A stretch of DNA of 64,000 nucleotides from Octopus sinensis (Eukaryota): assembly GCF_006345805.1 (NCBI RefSeq), contig NC_043019.1, forward strand, positions 8,245,360 through 8,309,359, in the 5' to 3' direction. Both the position numbers and the translations under genes were made by a program. Shown here one piece after another: positions 56,840-64,000 of this stretch; position 1 is the stretch's first letter, and every line of letters starts with the position of its first letter. A model generated the notes under the pieces. That model did not search any database. It was not told where the DNA came from and saw only the letters and a list, made by a program, of their open reading frames with translations.

Positions 56840-57320
56840 CGTGCGTGTTCGTTGTCTTTGTGTTGTGTTTACTTGCCGGAACTTAGCGATTCTGCCAAAG
56901 AAACCGACTGAATAAGGATCGGCTTAAAAAAGGTACGGCGTTCGATTCATTCGACTAAAACTCTATCAAGCCGGTGCCCCAGCACGGCCCTAGTCTAATA
57001 ACTGCTACTAGGAAAAGATAAAAAATAAAGTCCGTATGTATAGGTGTTTATGCAGACATTCGTCGAAGATGAATTGTTCAAACGTTCCACGGTCATGAAT
57101 TTTTATGACTCACTTCAAGATTGTTGATATTTCGAATGTCGTACAAAGTACATTCTTAATTCATTCAACCTTATCTCCGCGTTGGAAACGGTAATGACAC
57201 ACCTAGCGGCAGTGGCTAGTGACTCTGACGTCGAAGAGAAGATAATTTTTTGAAATGAAGCAAACGTGTGACCTGTGAATTTACACCCTGTTGAAAATAT
57301 CATTTCTTGTCAGTTTAGAG

Positions 57321-57833
57321 CAGGGATCACAAAACTACGACACGCGAGTTCAGTTCATCCGGCCCGCCATGGCTCTGTACCTTTTCTGAAAATACCTGCA
57401 ATGGGAGTTTAATTGCTTTTGATGCGGCATCAGTGCTTGGAACAACTTATGTCTCTGAGCAAACATTTTCAATAATGAAGAATGCGACGTCAGCACATCG
57501 AAGAAGGATGACAGAGGAACATTTCAAAGCAATTCTCTTGGTTGGATGCAACGATTCCAAAGTAAATATTGATGATATCTTCAAAGGCTAAACACCAGTT
57601 CCACAAATCTCACCAACCATTTTTGTTGCTTAGTTTGTGAGATTTGGATATGTGCGCACTGGGCGTGCTATAACTATCTTATTGCCAACATCAGCTTCTT
57701 TGATAGATTTTGGTAAATAAATATGTTGGTTTTCTACATTTTTTGTGTATTCACTGAACAAAATGGTTATGCGGCCCGCGCTCGTCAGTCTCTCAGTTAT
57801 CTGACCCGCCGTGAAAAAAGTGTGATGACCCTG
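57321..57833 (+). mobile_element. Internally deleted hAT (Buster/Charlie/SPIN-like) DNA transposon
   Basis: TIR-like ends cagggatcacaaaact and agtgtgatgaccctg. 8-bp TSD gtttagag / atttagag with central TA. 57421-57591 reads SVLGTTYVSEQTFSIMKNATSAHRRRMTEEHFKAIL, matching the hAT C-terminal dimerisation domain. Confidence 0.85.
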
Positions 57834-58481
57834 ATTTAGAGAATAGGGATACCTGTGAGTACATGTTTCGGTCTATTTCATATCCTCTTCATATTACAGT
57901 CTAGATAAACCTGCAGATCAATAATTATAATTCTCTCTTAGATTTAAAAAATAAATTAATGATGTGAATTAAGGATCTTCAAAAAATAATCGAACTCTTG
58001 TTTTCTATGATTGTATCAATATATTACAAATTGCCAGCTAGGTTAAACTGCACTAAAGTGATGCATATTTTCTTAATTGTTACTTGTGTGCAAAGGAAGA
58101 TCAGACAACCTTTCCTCGAAGCAAATAAATTAATTCAAGAAATTGATTGGTAATTATTTCAAATTGATCCTGTGCTTAAAAGTCTCTGAAATTTGCCGGC
58201 AGGTTAGACACATTCGTCTGTAACTTTGTGAAAATTACAAGGAATGATTGTATGCGACATTCGCCATGTCAGCTATATATATTAAAAAAAAGAAATAGAT
58301 GCACACACTCCTACACACATAAAACCATGCACACACTTACACGCACATACAACCCTGCACACATAAATTCTATCAATGGAGACTCAACATTTGTGACAGG
58401 TCAAACATTAATAACGTGTTGCTAGAAGAGTTACGCTATTTCACTGTAATTACGGTGCAAATTATGAAAAATAACCATCAT

Positions 58482-58898
58482 AGGCGTAGGAGTGGCTGTG
58501 TGGTAAGTAGCTTGCTTACGAACAACATGGTTGCGGGTTCAGTCCCACTGCGTGTCACCTTGGGTGAGTGTCTTCTGCTATAGCCTCGGGCCGACCAAAG
58601 CCTTGTGATTGGATTTGGTAGACGGAAACAGAAAGAAGCCCGTCGTATATATGTATATACATATATATGTGTGCGTGTATGTTTGTGTGTCTGTGTTTGT
58701 CCCCCCAACATCGCTTGACAACCGATGCTAGTGTGTTTACGTCCCCGTAACTTAGCGGTTCGGCAAAAAAGACCGATAAAATAAGTACTGGGCTTACAAA
58801 GAATAAGTCCTGGAGTCGATTTCATCGACTAAAAGGCGGTGCTCCAGCATGGCCACAGTCACATGACTGAGACAAGTAAAAGAGTAGAAGAGAGAGTA
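58482..58898 (+). mobile_element. SINE family A, full-length: tRNA-like head, internal (TA)/(TG) microsatellite, body, (AAGAGT)-like tail
   Basis: A-box-like tggctgtgtggtaag and B-box-like ggttcagtccc; homologous to 14543-14941, 33197-33361, 43606-43747 and 7362-7560. Confidence 0.8.
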
Positions 58899-59798
58899 AC
58901 TCTAGTAAGCACCCGTATGGGGGATGAGACGTTACGGGAAGTGTCCTACAGAATAGAAGGACTTGGTGACCGGAACATCTGTCGCTGGGCGAATTAGAAT
59001 AGCATTTCAGTGTAGTCCAACTAAGTCTATTCGAACTGAAAATTAAGTTGACCACCGTCAGCAATACACAGCGTTGTGCCCAAAGGACTGAACCTAGCGA
59101 GAGATTGTTTGACGTATCTTATAAAACTCTTTTTTATATGCCTATGTTTACCAATAAACCCTGATTAATTACCCCTATATTTATATATATATATATGTGT
59201 GTGTATACAGAGAGAGAGTGAGAGAGAAAGAGATAGAGGGGGAGATGGATATAGAGAGGAGAATAGAGAGAGATCTATAGATATAATTTATATCCAGTTA
59301 AAATAAAAAAGAAAATGGAGAAAAGGCAGTTAACAATAATTTATTATTAACAAATTGGTTATTTTCGCTTCACACAGACGTTTCAATTAACACGCAATAA
59401 TTTAATCACGGATTTGTACATCTCTCTGCTGAAATGAGTTGATAGGTCCACATATAACACCACAAGGTACACAGTCTTTTTCTCTAATGATATTATGCTC
59501 ATGTCACATAAATGCAAATTTCATGTGCAAATTTAAATTATTGCGTATTCATTGAAAAGGTTTTAAGAAGCAAAGATGACCAATTTGTTACAGATAAATA
59601 ATGGTTAACTTCCTTATCGTAATTTTCTTTTCTTCTCTTAACTGGATATAAACCATTTGTATTCAACCAGTATTTCGCTGGATAGAAGCTTCTCTTTGCA
59701 AGGTTAACAAATCCTCTAATATGTATAGATATGTACATACATACGTACTTCGTGGTGTCGTGTGCCCATATATGTATGTATGTAGAAATATATGCAAG

Positions 59799-59896
<98 letters not shown>

Positions 59897-59987
59897 CCAT
59901 ATATTATTATTATTATTATTATCATATATAAAATAGAAAATATCTGGCGATAAATTTATATATATATATATATATTATTTCCATATG

Positions 59988-60029
<42 letters not shown>

Positions 60030-60199
60030 TTTTTTAATAATATATTATTATTAATATAAGGAAATCAACATCGAATTTTTCACAAAGATATACCCATTTT
60101 ATGTATTAAATATATATATAAATATATAAATAGTAAAAATATAAATATGATGTATAAAATAAATTTGAAAGTTTAAAAGTTTTAAATTAAGTTTTTAAG

Positions 60200-60276
60200 C
60201 ATCTTACGATCGTTTCGCACGATGAAGTCCTATATTGATAAGCTCTTAAAGACAACCCTTCTGCTCTTCAGAGATA
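60200..60276 (-). ncRNA. Type I hammerhead ribozyme motif with palindromic stem III
   Basis: Minus-strand RNA: UAUCU CUGAAGA GCA-(42 nt)-UGC GAAA CGAUCG UA AGAUG. 5-bp stem I, canonical G10.1-C11.1, palindrome ACGAUCGU, GUA triplet. Predicted cut between 60205 and 60204. Confidence 0.8.
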
Positions 60277-60880
60277 TAAAATATGAATATTGTATAATGT
60301 ATCGAATTCTATTTTTTTTAAATGTGAATTAAAATTGTAAAATAGTGTTTGTTTGAAATGTAAAATAAAAATTAAAAATTACTACTTTTGAAGAGAGTAT
60401 TTAAATCCATATGGTTATTTTACTGCCATATTCCATAATATTCATACTCAAAATCCGTCATATTATCTTGCATTCTAGTATAGTTTATGTAGTTCAGTAT
60501 ATATATACCTTATTTATACTATATCATTTATACTACCTTATGTTAGATAAAGAGAGCCAAGTAGCTAAGAGAAATATCTACTGATTCAGAGAAACAGATA
60601 GCTAAATTCCCGAGTTCTAAGTATACACAAAAATGAAACACAGGCTTAAGAATAGCTATTCTTGATAAAAGTTGATTTTTCATACAACAGACCTCCATAA
60701 TGGGGTTCGATTTTACAATCTCGTTTACCGTTCGGGTTATGGTTGCTTATGTTATATTACAGGTGTGAAATTTGAAATCTTTCTATGAGGAACAGTGACG
60801 TGTGACTTCAGGCTGCATTCAATGCTATGACTAAAATGCCTGACAAATATATAAAATTCAGAAAGCTACAATATATTATA

Positions 60881-60974
<94 letters not shown>

Positions 60975-62580
60975 GTCATTCGAATAGTAAACATGAGTGT
61001 ATACTTTGAATTATCGCTTGATCGCAAATGTTTTTCTTTGTTTTAAGAATCTTTGCTAACGTTTTTTTTTCTTTCCCATTTTATGTTTTCCTTCTGTGAC
61101 ATACGCTTAGCTCGTTACTTGACCTGAAAGAAATAGCAGCCAAGTCTCTTGCAGATCAAAGCTTATCACCATATAATGAAGCACATTCAAGAATATCAGA
61201 ACATTTTATAGCCAAAAAGAAAATGTAAATCCCCATGTGACCACTCGAACTCGTTTCATCTGGATCCAAAAAAAAGATTACATCAACAAAGTTTTGCAGT
61301 TGTTTTTTTCCGAAACTTTATTCCATATTGGTCCTGAATGACGACGAGGACGACGACAATGAGGATTATGATAATTATAATGATGATGAGGAGGCTGAGG
61401 AGGAGTAGGTGGCGGAGAGAGACGACGACGTCGACCATGGCTATGAAAATGTTAGCGATATTGCTTGTAACATTGATTGGTATTCTTGACCAGCACCCAT
61501 GCCTCCGCCTGAAATTATAAGAAAAACGTGAAAAGAATAATAAAATAATAGAAATAAAAAAAACTAAACAAAATCTGTAAAAAAAAAAAGAAAGGAAAAA
61601 GAGAAAACTTGTAAAGAAACTGTGTTAACTAGCGAAGTGTTTGGTCAGGCGCAATGCTGTGGAATTATCTGCAGAATCAAGGAATTATATGAATATAAAG
61701 AATGCATAAATATACAGAAGGGATTAATGAAACAACCGCGAATAAATGAAAGCAGACGAGAAGAACAATAGAAAATAATAAATGTAATAAATAAAGCGAC
61801 CATGAAAACGTCAATAAAATATTAAGATGAAAGTAAAACTATCAATTCAATGTTTGAAACGATTCTTTTCTTGTTGTGTCAGTTGGTTTGGCTTTTGTTT
61901 TGTTAGTGTTTACTGTTTTGTCCAGTTCTTTGTGTGGAATCGTGTTTGTAAATATTGTTAGGAAATTCTAAAGTGGTTTTAGATTAATAAGCCAGTAATA
62001 ACGTAGTAGTTGTTGTTGTCGTTGTTTTTATTTCAGTTGTTGCTGTTTTTGTTTCTTTTTTATTGTAGAAAGTTTGTTTAGCTACTTAATCCTGATGAAG
62101 GAAAGTAACAATACTGAACGGGCAATCCATTCCTGACCATCACACCGGAGACAGCCCGGGTGCATATTATCTAGTTGTTATTATCCTGATGATTGTTTTT
62201 GTCTTTCCTCGCCTAGTGTGTTGTGTGATTGAAAAGAATTCGTTATATATATTCCAAAGTGGTCGACTGACAACACAAATATTTCCCACGATGTTTTTTA
62301 ATCACCAGGATGTTCTTGAACAAGACACGGAGTGAATGATATTCCACCCGTGACTACAACCTTTTATTTAGCAGTATATAACACTGCATTAATTTATGTC
62401 CCTTAAAGACGTTACAGAAAAGTAGAGCCACATTAAACTGTACTCCCCAGCAAATAAAAGGAGCACATAGCAATGCAAATTCTTGGCTCATTCTTGATCT
62501 ATTTACCGTATAATTTACTATCCTCGTTGTCGTCTTCCGCAGATTTTAATCATGCAGACAGATAAAAATAAAACGATTTT

Positions 62581-63022
62581 GTCTCCTCCAAAATCTGAAG
62601 ATGTTATTGGTATAATGGTTGTTGCTTTTATCTGATGTTTATTTAGTACTGTGATGCTAAAACCATTCTGTACAACCAGCCATATCTTGCGACCTCACAT
62701 GATTTGAGAACATGTAACAGGCTTTTGCTTGTTTTATATGGTGCCTGTCTTGTCTCGAACAACAATAGTCACTCTCGAGAGCCCCCAGTTTTAAACCAGG
62801 GGCATATTAATGATGTGATATTTGGGGAGAGAGGACAAAGACAGAAATAAATAGACAGGCACCATATAAAACAAGCAAAAGTCTGTTACATGTTCCCAAA
62901 TCACGTGAGGTCGCAAGATACGGCTGGTTCTACAGAATGGTTTTAGCATCACAGTACTAAATAAACATCAGATAAAAACAACAACCATTATACCAATAAC
63001 ACTTTCAAATTTTGGTGGAGAC
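62581..63022. repeat. Long inverted repeat (foldback or MITE-like)
   Basis: Arms 62581-62750 and 62853-63022 (170 bp each, about 10 mismatches by manual alignment), 102-bp spacer. Confidence 0.9.
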
Positions 63023-63879
63023 TCTTTTTGTTTTATTATTTATATGACATTCCTTCTGGCACTTCCATCGATTCCATCGTCAGGCCAGGAATCAAAATGT
63101 TTGCGACAGAATATAAGGAGGTGTATCAAAATAGCAAAACTATTTTCCCCACAGCGTAATGTTAAACGATTCTTTACTGACAATAAGGTGCAAAATTCAA
63201 TGTAAACTATTCGCTACAAATTAAATGCATATCAATTAACTCTCACCGCGCAAAACAAACGGACTTACAAGATCTGAATTGTAAATTGCAAATATATCTT
63301 CCAAAAGCCATGTTAACCTCGCTGAGAGAACATAGACGTTACGAAGTAAGTAGGTCGAAAGGTTTATCGTGCCTCAGAGAGATAATACTGGTTGTTTGCA
63401 CAATGATTTCATATAAACATTATGCAACAGATTATCTACGAATAGAGGGAAGAAACAAGTGAAGAAGACTCATTGTTCGTGCAGGCATTCATATGCAAAC
63501 TGCACAGAATAGTAGAATATATTTCAATCTGTTCGGAATTGCATTGAATGATAGGGATACACCATCAACCAATGTCTGGAAAGAATATGTGTATTCTTTC
63601 CCTGATGAAGGTCTACCAAGTCCGCAAAAGAGTCACAGAGATTTCCAATAAATTGTTTAAAAGTAGGAAGATGTAACCTAAAGTGTGAAAGCCCTCTACA
63701 TTTTAAACTGCAAAGCTGTTAGAAATTTATACTTGCATGTCTAAATGCACCACATACCTACAAATATACAAATGCACATGTACACATATATTTGCACACA
63801 CACACACGCACATAAATATATACACATACTAGACTACCGGAAAAAGTGGGGTCACTGACGGTTCTAGTTATATAATATT

Positions 63880-64000
63880 CTTTTCTACTCTAGGCACAAA
63901 GCCCGGAATTTGGGGGAAGGGGGTGAGTCGATTAGATCGACCCCAGTGCGCAACTGGTACTTAATTTATCGACCACGAAAGAATGAAAATCAAAGTCGAC
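63880..64000 (-). mobile_element. SINE family B, cut by the window end
   Basis: gtcgattagatcgaccccagtgcgcaactggtacttaatttatcgac. Confidence 0.8.

Noticed and set aside
63040-63090. Minus-strand CUGACGA-UGG...CCA-GAAG...GUC hammerhead-like string
   Set aside because: GAAA is altered and there is no stem I pairing.
63595-63650. Plus-strand CUGAUGA starts here and at 3575, 9682, 62091 and 62186
   Set aside because: No correctly placed GAAAC/GUH or stem I.

Overview
Eukaryotic, very AT-rich, microsatellite-dense non-coding DNA. The SINE-like families resemble those I recall from Octopus (cephalopod) genomes; this is recognition, not a database result. No intact protein-coding gene is supported, and nearly all listed ORFs are translated microsatellites. 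The window holds many tRNA-derived SINE copies, decayed non-LTR retroelements (R4/Dong-type with restriction-like endonuclease beside (TAA)n, and RTE), and DNA-transposon relics (a hAT with TIRs and an 8-bp TSD, Tc1/mariner pieces, a HINE-like element). The main finding is a set of type I hammerhead-ribozyme motifs with palindromic stem III, the form known from Penelope-like elements and retrozymes, all on the minus strand. Two with intact cores lie 788 nt apart in a near-identical tandem duplication (40551-42100), a third intact one is at 60200-60276, and there are weaker copies. Also present are a 170-bp-arm inverted repeat (62581-63022), a 140-bp near-perfect palindrome (42044-42183) and two unconfirmed splice-site-bounded exon candidates.
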